Below are positions 12,001-27,000 of a stretch of 64,000 bases of DNA, in pieces. The notes beneath the pieces are model-generated. The model was given only the letters and a program-made list of their open reading frames with translations. It was not told the origin of the DNA and made no database searches. The stretch is taken from the NCBI GenBank assembly GCA_964057225.1, contig OZ059900.1, forward strand, positions 5,146,001 to 5,210,000. Reading direction: 5' to 3'. This stretch comes from Auanema rhodensis (Eukaryota; Animalia; Nematoda). The position numbers and the translations under genes are program-made. Each line of letters opens with the position of its first letter. Position 1 is the first letter of the stretch.

Positions 12001-15000
12001 TCAATTCAGATGTTGAAACTCTTTAAAAATGTGTAATAAATGTTTTGAGAGTATCGTGAAAACAAGTTGGAAAAAAAATTTTTTTTTGGACTGTGAGCCA
12101 TTCGCATGGCTTAATCCTTGAGGAAAGCTACAGCGCTGACAGATTCAATCAAGTTTAAAAAAAAAAATTTTTTTTTTTAATTCAGATGTTGAAACTCTTT
12201 AAAAAGGTGTAATAAATGTTTTGAGAGTATCGTGAAAACCAGTTGGAAAAAAAATTTTTTTTGGACTGTGAGCCATTCGCATGGCTTAATCGTTGAGGAA
12301 AGCTACAGCGCTGACAGATTCAATCAAGTTTAAAAAAAAAATTTTTTTTTCAATTCAGATGTTGAAACTCTTTAAAAATGTGTAAAAAATGTTTTGAGAG
12401 TATCGTGAAAACCAGATGGGAAAAAAAATTTTTTTTGGTCTGTGAGCCATTCGCATGGGTTAATCGTTGAGGAGAGCTACAGCGCTGACAGATTCAATCA
12501 AGTTTAAAAAAAAAAAAGTTTTTTTCAATTCAGATGTTGAAACTCTTTAAAAATGTGTAAAAAATGTTTTGAGCGTATCGTGAAAACAAGTTGGGAAAAA
12601 AATTTTTTTGGGACTTGGAAATTTTTTTTGGACTGTGAGCCATTCGCATGGCTTAATCCTTGAGGAAAGCTACAGCGCTGACAGATTCAATCAAGTTTAA
12701 AAAAAAAAATTTTTTTTCAATTCAGATGTTGAAACTCTTTAAAAATGTGTAATAAATGTTTTGAGAGTATCGTGAAAACAAGTTGGAAAAAAATTTTTTT
12801 TTGGACTGTGAGCCATTCGCATGGCTTAATCCTTGAGGAAAGCTACAGCGCTGACAGATTCAATCAAGTTTAAAAAAAAAATTTTTTTTTTAATTCAGAT
12901 GTTGAAACTCTTTAAAAAGGTGTAATAAATGTTTTGAGAGTATCGTGAAAACCAGTTGGAAAAAAAATTTTTTTGGACTGTGAGCCATTCGCATGGCTTA
13001 ATCGTTGAGGAAAGCTACAGCGCTGACAGATTCAATCAAGTTTAAAAAAAAAATTTTTTTTTTAATTCAGATGTTGAAACTCTTTAAAAAGGTGTAATAA
13101 ATGTTTTGAGAGTATCGTGAAAACCAGTTGGAAAAAAAATTTTTTTGGACTGTGAGCCATTCGCATGGCTTAATCGTTGAGGAAAGCTACAGCGCTGACA
13201 GATTCAATCAAGTTTAAAAAAAAAATTTTTTTTTCAATTCAGATGTTGAAACTCTTTAAAAATGTGTAAAAAATGTTTTGAGAGTATCGTGAAAACAAGT
13301 TGGGAAAAAAATTTTTTTTTGGTCTGTGAGCCATTCGCATGGGTTAATCGTTGAGGAGAGCTACAGCGCTGACAGATTCAATCAAGTTTAAAAAAAAAAT
13401 TTTTTTTTCAATTCAGATGTTGAAACTCTTTAAAAATGTGTAAAAAATGTTTTGAGAGTATCGTGAAAACAAGTTGGGAAAAAAATTTTTTTGGGACTTG
13501 GAAATTTTTTTTGGACTGTGAGCCATTCGCATGGCTTAATCCTTGAGGAAAGCTACAGCGCTGACAGATTCAATCAAGTTTAAAAAAAAAATTTTTTTTT
13601 CAATTCAGATGTTGAAACTCTTTAAAAATGTGTAATAAATGTTTTGAGAGTATCGTGAAAACAAGTTGGAAAAAAATTTTTTTTTGGACTGTGAGCCATT
13701 CGCATGGCTTAATCCTTGAGGAAAGCTACAGCGCTGACAGATTCAATCAAGTTTAAAAAAAAAATTTTTTTTTTAATTCAGATGTTGAAACTCTTTAAAA
13801 AGGTGTAATAAATGTTTTGAGAGTATCGTGAAAACCAGTTGGAAAAAAAATTTTTTTGGACTGTGAGCCATTCGCATGGCTTAATCGTTGAGGAAAGCTA
13901 CAGCGCTGACAGATTCAATCAAGTTTAAAAAAAAAATTTTTTTTTCAATTCAGATGTTGAAACTCTTTAAAAATGTGTCATAAATGTTTTGAGAGTATCG
14001 TGAAAACAAGTTGGGAAAAAAATTTTTTTTTGGTCTGTGAGCCATTCGCATGGGTTAATCGTTGAGGAGAGCTACAGCGCTGACAGATTCAATCAAGTTT
14101 AAAAAAAAAATTTTTTTTTCAATTCAGATGTTGAAACTCTTTAAAAATGTGTAAAAAATGTTTTGAGAGTATCGTGAAAACAAGTTGGGAAAAAAATTTT
14201 TTTGGGACTTGGAAATTTTTTTTGGACTGTGAGCCATTCGCATGGCTTAATCCTTGAGGAAAGCTACAGCGCTGACAGATTCAATCAAGTTTAAAAAAAA
14301 AATTTTTTTTTCAATTCAGATGTTGAAACTCTTTAAAAATGTGTAATAAATGTTTTGAGAGTATCGTGAAAACAAGTTGGAAAAAAATTTTTTTTTGGAC
14401 TGTGAGCCATTCGCATGGCTTAATCCTTGAGGAAAGCTAAAGCGCTGACAGATTCAATCAAGTTTAAAAAAAAAATTTTTTTTTTAATTCAGATGTTGAA
14501 ACTCTTTAAAAAGGTGTAATAAATGTTTTGAGAGTATCGTGAAAACCAGTTGGAAAAAAAATTTTTTTGGACTGTGAGCCATTCGCATGGCTTAATCGTT
14601 GAGGAAAGCTACAGCGCTGACAGATTCAATCAAGTTTAAAAAAAAATTTTTTTTTTCAATTCAGATGTTGAAACTCTTTAAAAATGTGTAAAAAATGTTT
14701 TGAGAGTATCGTGAAAACAAGTTGGGAAAAAAATTTTTTTTTGGTCTGTGAGCCATTCGCATGGGTTAATCGTTGAGGAGAGCTACAGCGCTGACAGATT
14801 CAATCAAGTTTAAAAAAAAAATTTTTTTTTCAATTCAGATGTTGAAACTCTTTAAAAATGTGTAAAAAATGTTTTGAGAGTATCGTGAAAACAAGTTGGG
14901 AAAAAAATTTTTTTGGGACTTGGAAATTTTTTTTGGACTGTGAGCCATTCGCATGGGTTAATCGTTGAGGAGAGCTAAAAAAAATTTTTTTGGACTGTGA

Positions 15001-18000
15001 GCCATTCGCATGGCTTAATCGTTGAGGAAAGCTACAGCGCTGACAGATTCAATCAAGTTTAAAAAAAAATTTTTTTTTTCAATTCAGATGTTGAAACTCT
15101 TTAAAAATGTGTAAAAAATGTTTTGAGAGTATCGTGAAAACAAGTTGGGAAAAAAATTTTTTTTTGGTCTGTGAGCCATTCGCATGGGTTAATCGTTGAG
15201 GAGAGCTACAGCGCTGACAGATTCAATCAAGTTTAAAAAAAAAATTTTTTTTTCAATTCAGATGTTGAAACTCTTTAAAAATGTGTAAAAAATGTTTTGA
15301 GAGTATCGTGAAAACAAGTTGGGAAAAAAATTTTTTTGGGACTTGGAAATTTTTTTTGGACTGTGAGCCATTCGCATGGCTTAATCCTTGAGGAAAGCTA
15401 CAGCGCTGACAGATTAAATCAAGTTAAAAAAAAATTTTTTTTTTTCAATTCAGATGTTGAAACTCTTTAAAAATGTGTAATAAATGTTTTGAGGGTATCG
15501 TGAAAACAAGTTGGAAAAAAATTTTTTTTTGGACTGTGAGCCATTCGCATGGCTTAATCCTTGAGGAAAGCTACAGCGCTGACAGATTAAATCAAGTTAA
15601 AAAAAAATTTTTTTTTTTCAATTCAGATGTTGAAACTCTTTAAAAATGTGTAATAAATGTTTTGAGAGTATCGTGAAAACAAGTTGGAAAAAAATTTTTT
15701 TTTGGACTGTGAGCCATTCGCATGGCTTAATCCTTGAGGAAAGCTACAGCGCTGACAGATTCAATCAAGTTTTAAAAAAAAAATTTTTTTTTCAATTCAG
15801 ATGTTGAAACTCTTTAAAAATGTGTAATAAATGTTTTGAGAGTATCGTGAAAACAAGTTGGAAAAAAATTTTTTTTTGGTCTGTGAGCCATTCGCATGGG
15901 TTAATCGTTGAGGAGAGCTACAGCGCTGACAGATTCAATCAAGTTTAAAAAAAAAATTTTTTTTTTTAATTCAGATGTTGAAACTCTTTAAAAAGGTGTA
16001 GTAAATGTTTTGAGAGTATCGTGAAAACCAGTTGGAAAAAAAATTTTTTTTGGACTGTGAGTAATTCGCATGGCTTAATCGTTGAGGAAAGCTACAGCGC
16101 TGACAGATTCAATCAAGTTTAAAAAAAAAATTTTTTTTTCAATTCAGATGTTGAAACTCTTTAAAAATGTGTAAAAAATGTTTTGAGAGTATCGTGAAAA
16201 CAAGTTGGGAAAAAAATTTTTTTTTGGTCTGTGAGCCATTCGCATGGGTTAATCGTTGAGGAGAGCTACAGCGCTGACAGATTCAATCAAGTTTAAAAAA
16301 AAAAATTTTTTTTTCAATTCAGATGTTGAAACTCTTTAAAAATGTGTAATAAATGTTTTGAGAGTATCGTGAAAACAAGTTGGAAAAAAATTTTTTTTTG
16401 GACTGTGAGCCATTCGCATGGCTTAATCCTTGAGGAAAGCTACAGCGCTGACAGATTCAATCAAGTTTAAAAAAAAAAAATTTTTTTTCAATTCAGATGT
16501 TGAAACTCTTTAAAAATGTGTAATAAATGTTTTGAGAGTATCGTGAAAACAAGTTGGAAAAAAATTTTTTTTTGGACTGTGAGCCATTCGCATGGCTTAA
16601 TCCTTGAGGAAAGCTACAGCGCTGACAGATTCAATCAAGTTTTAAAAAAAAATTTTTTTTTCAATTGAGATGTTGAAACTTTTTAAAAATGTGCAATAAA
16701 TGTTTTGAGAGTATCGTGAAAACAAGTTGGGAAAAAAATTTTTTTTTGGTCTGTGAGCCATTCGCATGGGTTAATCGTTGAGGAGTGCTACAGCGCTGAC
16801 AGATTCAATCAAGTTTAAAAAAAAAAAATTTTTTTTCAATTCAGATGTTGAAACTCTTTAAAAATGTGTAATAAATGTTTTGAGAGTATCGTGAAAACAA
16901 GTTGGAAAAAAATTTTTTTTTGGACTGTGAGCCATTCGCATGGCTTAATCCTTGAGGAAAGCTACAGCGCTGACAGATTCAATCAAGTTTAAAAAAAAAA
17001 AATTTTTTTTCAATTCAGATGTTGAAACTCTTTAAAAATGTGTAATAAATGTTTTGAGAGTATCGTGAAAACAAGTTGGAAAAAAATTTTTTTTTGGACT
17101 GTGAGCCATTCGCATGGCTTAATCCTTGAGGAAAGCTACAGCGCTGACAGATTCAATCAAGTTTTAAAAAAAAATTTTTTTTTCAATTGAGATGTTGAAA
17201 CTTTTTAAAAATGTGCAATAAATGTTTTGAGAGTATCGTGAAAACAAGTTGGGAAAAAAATTTTTTTTTGGTCTGTGAGCCATTCGCATGGGTTAATCGT
17301 TGAGGAGAGCTACAGCGCTGACAGATTCAATCAAGTTTAAAAAAAAAAAATTTTTTTTCAATTCAGATGTTGACACTCTTTGAAAATGTGTAATAAATGT
17401 TTTGAGAGTATCGTGAAAACCAGTTGGAAAAAAAATATTTTTTTTGGACTGTGAGCCATTCGCATGGCTTAATCGTTGAGGAAAGCTACAGCGCTGACAG
17501 ATTCAATCAAGTTTAAAAAAAAAAATTTTTTTTTCAATTCAGATGTTGAAACTCTTTAAAAATGTGTCATAAATGTTTTGAGAGTATCGTGAAAACAAGT
17601 TGGGAAAAAAATTTTTTTTTGGTCTGTGAGCCATTCGCATGGGTTAATCGTTGAGGAGAGCTACAGCGCTGACAGATTCAATCAAGTTTAAAAAAAAAAA
17701 TTTTTTTTTCAATTCAGATGTTGAAACTCTTTAAAAATGTGTAAAAAATGTTTTGAGAGTATCGTGAAAACAAGTTGGGAAAAAAATTTTTTTGGGACTT
17801 GGAAATTTTTTTTGGACTGTGAGCCATTCGCATGGCTTAATCCTTGAGGAAAGCTACAGCGCTGACAGATTCAATCAAGTTTAAAAAAAAAAATTTTTTT
17901 TCAATTCAGATGTTGAAACTCTTTAAAAATGTGTAATAAATGTTTTGAGAGTATCGTGAAAACAAGTTGGAAAAAAATTTTTTTTGGACTGTGAGCCATT

Positions 18001-21000
18001 CGCATGGCTTAATCGTTGAGGAAAGCTACAGCGCTGACAGATTCAATCAAGTTTAAAAAAAAAATTTTTTTTTCAATTCAGATGTTGAAACTCTTTAAAA
18101 ATGTGTAAAAAATGTTTTGAGAGTATCGTGAAAACAAGTTGGGAAAAAAATTTTTTTTTGGTCTGTGAGCCATTCGCATGGGTTAATCGTTGAGGAGAGC
18201 TACAGCGCTGACAGATTCAATCAAGTTTAAAAAAAAAATTTTTTTTTCAATTCAGATGTTGAAACTCTTTAAAAATGTGTAAAAAATGTTTTGAGAGTAT
18301 CGTGAAAACAAGTTGGGAAAAAAATTTTTTTGGGACTTGGAAATTTTTTTTGGACTGTGAGCCATTCGCATGGCTTAATCCTTGAGGAAAGCTACAGCGC
18401 TGACAGATTCAATCAAGTTAAAAAAAAAAATTTTTTTTTCAATTCAGATGTTGAAACTCTTTAAAAATGTGTAATAAATGTTTTGAGAGTATCCTGAAAA
18501 CAAGTTGGAAAAAAATTTTTTTTTGGACTGTGAGCCATTCGCATGGCTTAATCCTTGAGGAAAGCTACAGCGCTGACAGATTCAATCAAGTTTAAAAAAA
18601 AAATTTTTTTTTTAATTCAGATGTTGAAACTCTTTAAAAAGGTGTAATAAATGTTTTGAGAGTATCGTGAAAACCAGTTGGAAAAAAAATTTTTTTGGAC
18701 TGTGAGCCATTCGCATGGCTTAATCGTTGAGGAAAGCTACAGCGCTGACAGATTCAATCAAGTTTAAAAAAAAAATTTTTTTTTCAATTCAGATGTTGAA
18801 ACTCTTTAAAAATGTGTCATAAATGTTTTGAGAGTATCGTGAAAACAAGTTGGGAAAAAAATTTTTTTTTGGTCTGTGAGCCATTCGCATGGGTTAATCG
18901 TTGAGGAGAGCTACAGCGCTGACAGATTCAATCAAGTTTAAAAAAAAAAATTTTTTTTTCAATTCAGATGTTGAAACTCTTTAAAAATGTGTAAAAAATG
19001 TTTTGAGAGTATCGTGAAAACAAGTTGGGAAAAAAATTTTTTTGGGACTTGGAAATTTTTTTTGGACTGTGAGCCATTCGCATGGCTTAATCCTTGAGGA
19101 AAGCTACAGCGCTGACAGATTCAATCAAGTTTAAAAAAAAAAATTTTTTTTCAATTCAGATGTTGAAACTCTTTAAAAATGTGTAATAAATGTTTTGAGA
19201 GTATCGTGAAAACAAGTTGGAAAAAAATTTTTTTTGGACTGTGAGCCATTCGCATGGCTTAATCGTTGAGGAAAGCTACAGCGCTGACAGATTCAATCAA
19301 GTTTAAAAAAAAAATTTTTTTTTCAATTCAGATGTTGAAACTCTTTAAAAATGTGTAAAAAATGTTTTGAGAGTATCGTGAAAACAAGTTGGGAAAAAAA
19401 TTTTTTTTTGGTCTGTGAGCCATTCGCATGGGTTAATCGTTGAGGAGAGCTACAGCGCTGACAGATTCAATCAAGTTTAAAAAAAAAATTTTTTTTTCAA
19501 TTCAGATGTTGAAACTCTTTAAAAATGTGTAAAAAATGTTTTGAGAGTATCGTGAAAACAAGTTGGGAAAAAAATTTTTTTGGGACTTGGAAATTTTTTT
19601 TGGACTGTGAGCCATTCGCATGGCTTAATCCTTGAGGAAAGCTACAGCGCTGACAGATTCAATCAAGTTAAAAAAAAAAATTTTTTTTTCAATTCAGATG
19701 TTGAAACTCTTTAAAAATGTGTAATAAATGTTTTGAGAGTATCCTGAAAACAAGTTGGAAAAAAATTTTTTTTTGGACTGTGAGCCATTCGCATGGCTTA
19801 ATCCTTTAGGAAAGCTACAGCGCTGACAGATTCAATCAAGTTTAAAAAAAAAATTTTTTTTTTAATTCAGATGTTGAAACTCTTTAAAAAGGTGTAATAA
19901 ATGTTTTGAGAGTATCGTGAAAACCAGTTGGAAAAAAAATTTTTTTGGACTGTGAGCCATTCGCATGGCTTAATCGTTGAGGAAAGCTACAGCGCTGACA
20001 GATTCAATCAAGTTTAAAAAAAAAATTTTTTTTTCAATTCAGATGTTGAAACTCTTTAAAAATGTGTAAAAAATGTTTTGAGAGTATCGTGAAAACCAGT
20101 TGGAAAAAAAATTTTTTTGGACTGTGAGCCATTCGCATGGCTTAATCGTTGAGGAAAGCTACAGCGCTGACAGATTCAATCAAGTTTAAAAAAAAATTTT
20201 TTTTTTCAATTCAGATGTTGAAACTCTTTAAAAATGTGTAAAAAATGTTTTGAGAGTATCGTGAAAACAAGTTGGGAAAAAAAATTTTTTTTGGTCTGTG
20301 AGCCATTCGCATGGGTTAATCGTTGAGGAGAGCTACAGCGCTGACAGATTCAATCAAGTTTAAAAAAAAAATTTTTTTTTCAATTCAGATGTTGAAACTC
20401 TTTAAAAATGTGTAAAAAATGTTTTGAGAGTATCGTGAAAACAAGTTGGGAAAAAAATTTTTTTGGGACTTGGAAATTTTTTTTGGACTGTGAGCCATTC
20501 GCATGGCTTAATCCTTGAGGAAAGCTACAGCGCTGACAGATTAAATCAAGTTAAAAAAAATTTTTTTTTTTCAATTCAGATGTTGAAACTCTTTAAAAAT
20601 GTGTAATAAATGTTTTGAGGGTATCGTGAAAACAAGTTGGAAAAAAATTTTTTTTTGGACTGTGAGCCATTCGCATGGCTTAATCCTTGAGGAAAGCTAC
20701 AGCGCTGACAGATTCAATCAAGTTTAAAAAAAAAAATTTTTTTTTCAATTCAGATGTTGAAACTCTTTAAAAATGTGTAATAAATGTTTTGAGAGTATCG
20801 TGAAAACAAGTTGGAAAAAAATTTTTTTTTGGACTGTGAGCCATTCGCATGGCTTAATCCTTGAGGAAAGCTACAGCGCTGACAGATTCAATCAAGTTTT
20901 AAAAAAAAAATTTTTTTTTCAATTCAGATGTTGAAACTCTTTAAAAATGTGTAATAAATGTTTTGAGAGTATCGTGAAAACAAGTTGGAAAAAAATTTTT

Positions 21001-24000
21001 TTTTGGTCTGTGAGCCATTCGCATGGGTTAATCGTTGAGGAGAGCTACAGCGCTGACAGATTCAATCAAGTTTAAAAAAAAAATTTTTTTTTCAATTCAG
21101 ATGTTGAAACTCTTTAAAAATGTGTAAAAAATGTTTTGAGAGTATCGTGAAAACAAGTTGGGAAAAAAATTTTTTTGGGACTTGGAAATTTTTTTTGGAC
21201 TGTGAGCCATTCGCATGGCTTAATCCTTGAGGAAAGCTACAGCGCTGACAGATTCAATCAAGTTAAAAAAAAAAATTTTTTTTTCAATTCAGATGTTGAA
21301 ACTCTTTAAAAATGTGTAATAAATGTTTTGAGAGTATCCTGAAAACAAGTTGGAAAAAAATTTTTTTTTGGACTGTGAGCCATTCGCATGGCTTAATCCT
21401 TGAGGAAAGCTACAGCGCTGACAGATTCAATCAAGTTTAAAAAAAAAATTTTTTTTTTAATTCAGATGTTGAAACTCTTTAAAAAGGTGTAATAAATGTT
21501 TTGAGAGTATCGTGAAAACCAGTTGGAAAAAAAATTTTTTTGGACTGTGAGCCATTCGCATGGCTTAATCGTTGAGGAAAGCTACAGCGCTGACAGATTC
21601 AATCAAGTTTAAAAAAAAAATTTTTTTTTCAATTCAGATGTTGAAACTCTTTAAAAATGTGTAAAAAATGTTTTGAGAGTATCGTGAAAACCAGTTGGAA
21701 AAAAAATTTTTTTGGACTGTGAGCCATTCGCATGGCTTAATCGTTGAGGAAAGCTACAGCGCTGACAGATTCAATCAAGTTTAAAAAAAAATTTTTTTTT
21801 TCAATTCAGATGTTGAAACTCTTTAAAAATGTGTAAAAAATGTTTTGAGAGTATCGTGAAAACAAGTTGGGAAAAAAAATTTTTTTTGGTCTGTGAGCCA
21901 TTCGCATGGGTTAATCGTTGAGGAGAGCTACAGCGCTGACAGATTCAATCAAGTTTAAAAAAAAAATTTTTTTTTCAATTCAGATGTTGAAACTCTTTAA
22001 AAATGTGTAAAAAATGTTTTGAGAGTATCGTGAAAACAAGTTGGGAAAAAAATTTTTTTGGGACTTGGAAATTTTTTTTGGACTGTGAGCCATTCGCATG
22101 GCTTAATCCTTGAGGAAAGCTACAGCGCTGACAGATTAAATCAAGTTAAAAAAAATTTTTTTTTTTCAATTCAGATGTTGAAACTCTTTAAAAATGTGTA
22201 ATAAATGTTTTGAGGGTATCGTGAAAACAAGTTGGAAAAAAATTTTTTTTTGGACTGTGAGCCATTCGCATGGCTTAATCCTTGAGGAAAGCTACAGCGC
22301 TGACAGATTCAATCAAGTTTAAAAAAAAAAATTTTTTTTTCAATTCAGATGTTGAAACTCTTTAAAAATGTGTAATAAATGTTTTGAGAGTATCGTGAAA
22401 ACAAGTTGGAAAAAAATTTTTTTTTGGACTGTGAGCCATTCGCATGGCTTAATCCTTGAGGAAAGCTACAGCGCTGACAGATTCAATCAAGTTTTAAAAA
22501 AAAAATTTTTTTTTCAATTCAGATGTTGAAACTCTTTAAAAATGTGTAATAAATGTTTTGAGAGTATCGTGAAAACAAGTTGGAAAAAAATTTTTTTTTG
22601 GTCTGTGAGCCATTCGCATGGGTTAATCGTTGAGGAGAGCTACAGCGCTGACAGATTCAATCAAGTTTAAAAAAAAAATTTTTTTTTTAATTCAGATGTT
22701 GAAACTCTTTAAAAAGGTGTAGTAAATGTTTTGAGGGTATCGTGAAAACCTGTTGGAAAAAAAATTTTTTTTGGACTGTGAGCCATTCGCATGGCTTAAT
22801 CGTTGAGGAAAGCTACAGCGCTGACAGATTCAATCAAGTTTAAAAAAAAAATTTTTTTTCAATTCAGATGTTGAAACTCTTTAAAAATGTGTAAAAAATG
22901 TTTTGAGAGTATCGTGAAAACAAGTTGGGAAAAAAATTTTTTTTTGGTCTGTGAGCCATTCGCATGGGTTAATCGTTGAGGAGAGCTACAGCGCTGACAG
23001 ATTCAATCAAGTTTAAAAAAAAAAATTTTTTTTTCAATTCAGATGTTGAAACTCTTTAAAAATGTGTAATAAATGTTTTGAGAGTATCGTGAAAACAAGT
23101 TGGAAAAAAATTTTTTTTTGGACTGTGAGCCATTCGCATGGCTTAATCCTTGAGGAAAACTACAGCGCTGACAGATTCAATCAAGTTTAAAAAAAAAAAA
23201 TTTTTTTTCAATTCAGATGTTGAAACTCTTTAAAAATGTGTAATAAATGTTTTGAGAGTATCGTGAAAACAAGTTGGAAAAAAATTTTTTTTTGGACTGT
23301 GAGCCATTCGCATGGCTTAATCCTTGAGGAAAGCTACAGCGCTGACAGATTCAATCAAGTTTTAAAAAAAAATTTTTTTTTCAATTGAGATGTTGAAACT
23401 TTTTAAAAATGTGCAATAAATGTTTTGAGAGTATCGTGAAAACAAGTTGGGAAAAAAATTTTTTTTTGGTCTGTGAGCCATTCGCATGGGTTAATCGTTG
23501 AGGAGAGCTACAGCGCTGACAGATTCAATCAAGTTTAAAAAAAAAAAATTTTTTTTCAATTCAGATGTTGACACTCTTTGAAAATGTGTAATAAATGTTT
23601 TGAGAGTATCGTGAAAACCAGTTGGAAAAAAAATTTTTTTTGGACTGTGAGCCATTCGCATGGCTTAATCGTTGAGGAAAGCTACAGCGCTGACAGATTC
23701 AATCAAGTTTAAAAAAAAAAATTTTTTTTTCAATTCAGATGTTGAAACTCTTTAAAAATGTGTCATAAATGTTTTGAGAGTATCGTGAAAACAAGTTGGG
23801 AAAAAAATTTTTTTTTGGTCTGTGAGCCATTCGCATGGGTTAATCGTTGAGGAGAGCTACAGCGCTGACAGATTCAATCAAGTTTATTTTTAATTTTTTT
23901 TTCAATTCAGATGTTGAAACTCTTTAAAAATGTGTAAAAAATGTTTTGAGAGTATCGTGAAAACAAGTTGGGAAAAAAATTTTTTTTTGGTCTGTGAGCC

Positions 24001-27000
24001 ATTCGCATGGGTTAATCGTTGAGGAGAGCTACAGCGCTGACAGATTCAATCAAGTTTAAAAAAAAAATTTTTTTTTCAATTCAGATGTTGAAACTCTTTA
24101 AAAATGTGTAATGAATGTTTTGAGAGTATCGTGAAAACAAGTTGGAAAAAAATTTTTTTTTGGTCTGTGAGCCATTCGCATTTGTTAATCGTTGAGGAGA
24201 GCTACAGCGCTGACAGATTCAATCAAGTTTAAAAAAAAAAAATTTTTTTTCAATTCAGATGTTGACACTCTTTGAAAATGTGTAATAAATGTTTTGAGAG
24301 TATCGTGAAAACCAGTTGGAAAAAAAATTTTTTTTGGACTGTGAGCCATTCGCATGGCTTAATCGTTGAGGAAAGCTACAGCGCTGACAGATTAAATCAA
24401 GTTAAAAAAAATTTTTTTTTTTCAATTCAGATGTTGAAACTCTTTAAAAATGTGTAATAAATGTTTTGAGGGTATCGTGAAAACAAGTTGGAAAAAAATT
24501 TTTTTTTGGACTGTGAGCCATTCGCATGGCTTAATCCTTGAGGAAAGCTACAGCGCTGACAGATTCAATCAAGTTTTAAAAAAAAAATTTTTTTTTCAAT
24601 TCAGATGTTGAAACTCTTTAAAAATGTGTAATAAATGTTTTGAGAGTATCGTGAAAACAAGTTGGAAAAAAATTTTTTTTGGACTGTGAGCCATTCGCAT
24701 GGCTTAATCGTTGAGGAAAGCTACAGCGCTGACAGATTCAATCAAGTTTAAAAAAAAAAATTTTTTTTTCAAATCAGATGTTGAAACTCTTTAAAAATGT
24801 GTCATAAATGTTTTGAGAGTATCGTGAAAACAAGTTGGGAAAAAAATTTTTTTGGGACTTGGAAATTTTTTTTGGACTGTGAGCCATTCGCATGGCTTAA
24901 TCCTTGAGGAAAGCTACAGCGCTGACAGATTCAATCAAGTTTAAAAAAAAATTTTTTTTTTCAATTCAGATGTTGAAACTCTTTAAAAATGTGTAATAAA
25001 TGTTTTGAGAGTATCGTGAAAACAAGTTGGAAAAAAATTTTTTTTTGGACTGTGAGCCATTCGCATGGCTTAATCCTTGAGGAAAGCTACAGCGCTGACA
25101 GATTCAATCAAGTTTAAAAAAAAATCTTTTTTTTTAATTCAGATGTTGAAACTCTTTAAAAAGGTGTAATAAATGTTTTGAGAGTATCGTGAAAACCAGT
25201 TGGAAAAAAAATTTTTTTTGGACTGTGAGCCATTCGCATGGCTTAATCGTTGAGGAAAGCTACAACGCTGACAGATTCAATCAAGTTTAAAAAAAAAATT
25301 TTTTTTTCAATTCAGATGTTGAAACTCTTTAAAAATGTGTAAAAAATGTTTTGAGAGTATCGTGAAAACAAGTTGGGAAAAAAATTTTTTTTTGGTCTGT
25401 GAGCCATTCGCATGGGTTAATCGTTGAGGAGAGCTACAGCGCTGACAGATTCAATCAAGTTTAAAAAAAAATTTTTTTTTTCAATTCAGATGTTGAAACT
25501 CTTTAAAAATGTGTAAAAAATGTTTTGAGAGTATCGTGAAAACAAGTTGGGAAAAAAATTTTTTTTTGGTCTGTGAGCCATTCGCATGGGTTAATCGTTG
25601 AGGAGAGCTACAGCGCTGACAGATTCAATCAAGTTTAAAAAAAAAATTTTTTTTTCAATTCAGATGTTGAAACTCTTTAAAAATGTGTAATAAATGTTTT
25701 GAGAGTATCGTGAAAACAAGTTGGGAAAAAAATTTTTTTTTGGTCTGTGAGCCATTCGCATGGGTTAATCGTTGAGGAGAGCTACAGCGCTGACAGATTC
25801 AATCAAGTTTAAAAAAAAAATTTTTTTTTCAATTCAGATGTTGAAACTCTTTAAAAATGTGTAATGAATGTTTTGAGAGTATCGTGAAAACAAGTTGGAA
25901 AAAAATTTTTTTTTGGACTGTGAGTCATTCGCATGGCTTAATCGTTGAGGAAAGCTACAGCGCTGACAGATTCAATCAAGTTTAAAAAAAAAATTTTTTT
26001 TTCAATTCAGATGTTGAAACTCTTTAAAATTGTGTAATGAATGTTTTGAGAGTATCGTGAAAACAAGTTGGAAAAAAATTTTTTTTTGGACTGTGAGTCA
26101 TTCGCATGGCTTAATCCTTGAGGAAAGCTACAGCGCTGACAGATTCAATCAAGTTTAAAAAAAAATTTTTTTTTCAATTCAGATGTTGAAACTCTTTAAA
26201 AATGTGTAACAAATGTTTTGAGAGTATCGTGAAAACAAGTTGGAAAAAAAATTTTTTTTGGACTTGGAAATTTTTTTTGGTCTGTGAGCCATTCGCATGG
26301 CTTAATCGTTGAGGAAAGCTACAACGCTGACAGATTCAATCAAGTTAAAAAAAAAATTTTTTTTTCAATTCAGATGTTGAAACTCTTTAAAAATGTGTAA
26401 AAAATGTTTTGAGAATATCGTGAAAACAAGTTGGGAAAAAAATTTTTTTTTGGTCTGTGAGCCATTCGCATGGGTTAATCGTTGAGGAGAGCTACAGCGC
26501 TGACAGAATCAATCAAGTAAAAAAAAGTTTTGTTTCTCAATTCAGATGTTGAAACTCTTTAAAAATGTGTAACAAATGTTTTGAGAGTATCGTGAAAACA
26601 AGTTGGGAAAAAAATTTTTTTGGGACTTGGAAATTTTTTTTGAACTGTGAGCCATTCGCATGGCTTAATCCTTGAGGAAAGCTACAGCGCTGACAGATTC
26701 AATCAAGTTTAAAAAAAAATTTTTTTTTTCAATTCAGATGTTGAAACTCTTTAAAAATGTGTAATAAATGTTTTGAGAGTATCGTGAAAACAAGTTGGAA
26801 AAAAATTTTTTTTTGGACTGTGAGTCATTCGCATGGCTTAATCCTTGAGGAAAGCTACAGCGCTGACAGATTCAATCAAGTTAAAAAAAAAATTTTTTTT
26901 TCAATTCAGATGTTGAAACTCTTTAAAAATGTGTAAAAAATGTTTTGAGAGTATCGTGAAAACAAGTTGGAAAAAAAATTTTTTTTGGACTTGGAAATTT

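Noticed and set aside
24272-24457. 61-aa ORF (and the similar 62-aa ORF at 52302-52490)
   Set aside because: These are chance open frames through satellite monomers, determined by homopolymer lengths, with no protein-like features.
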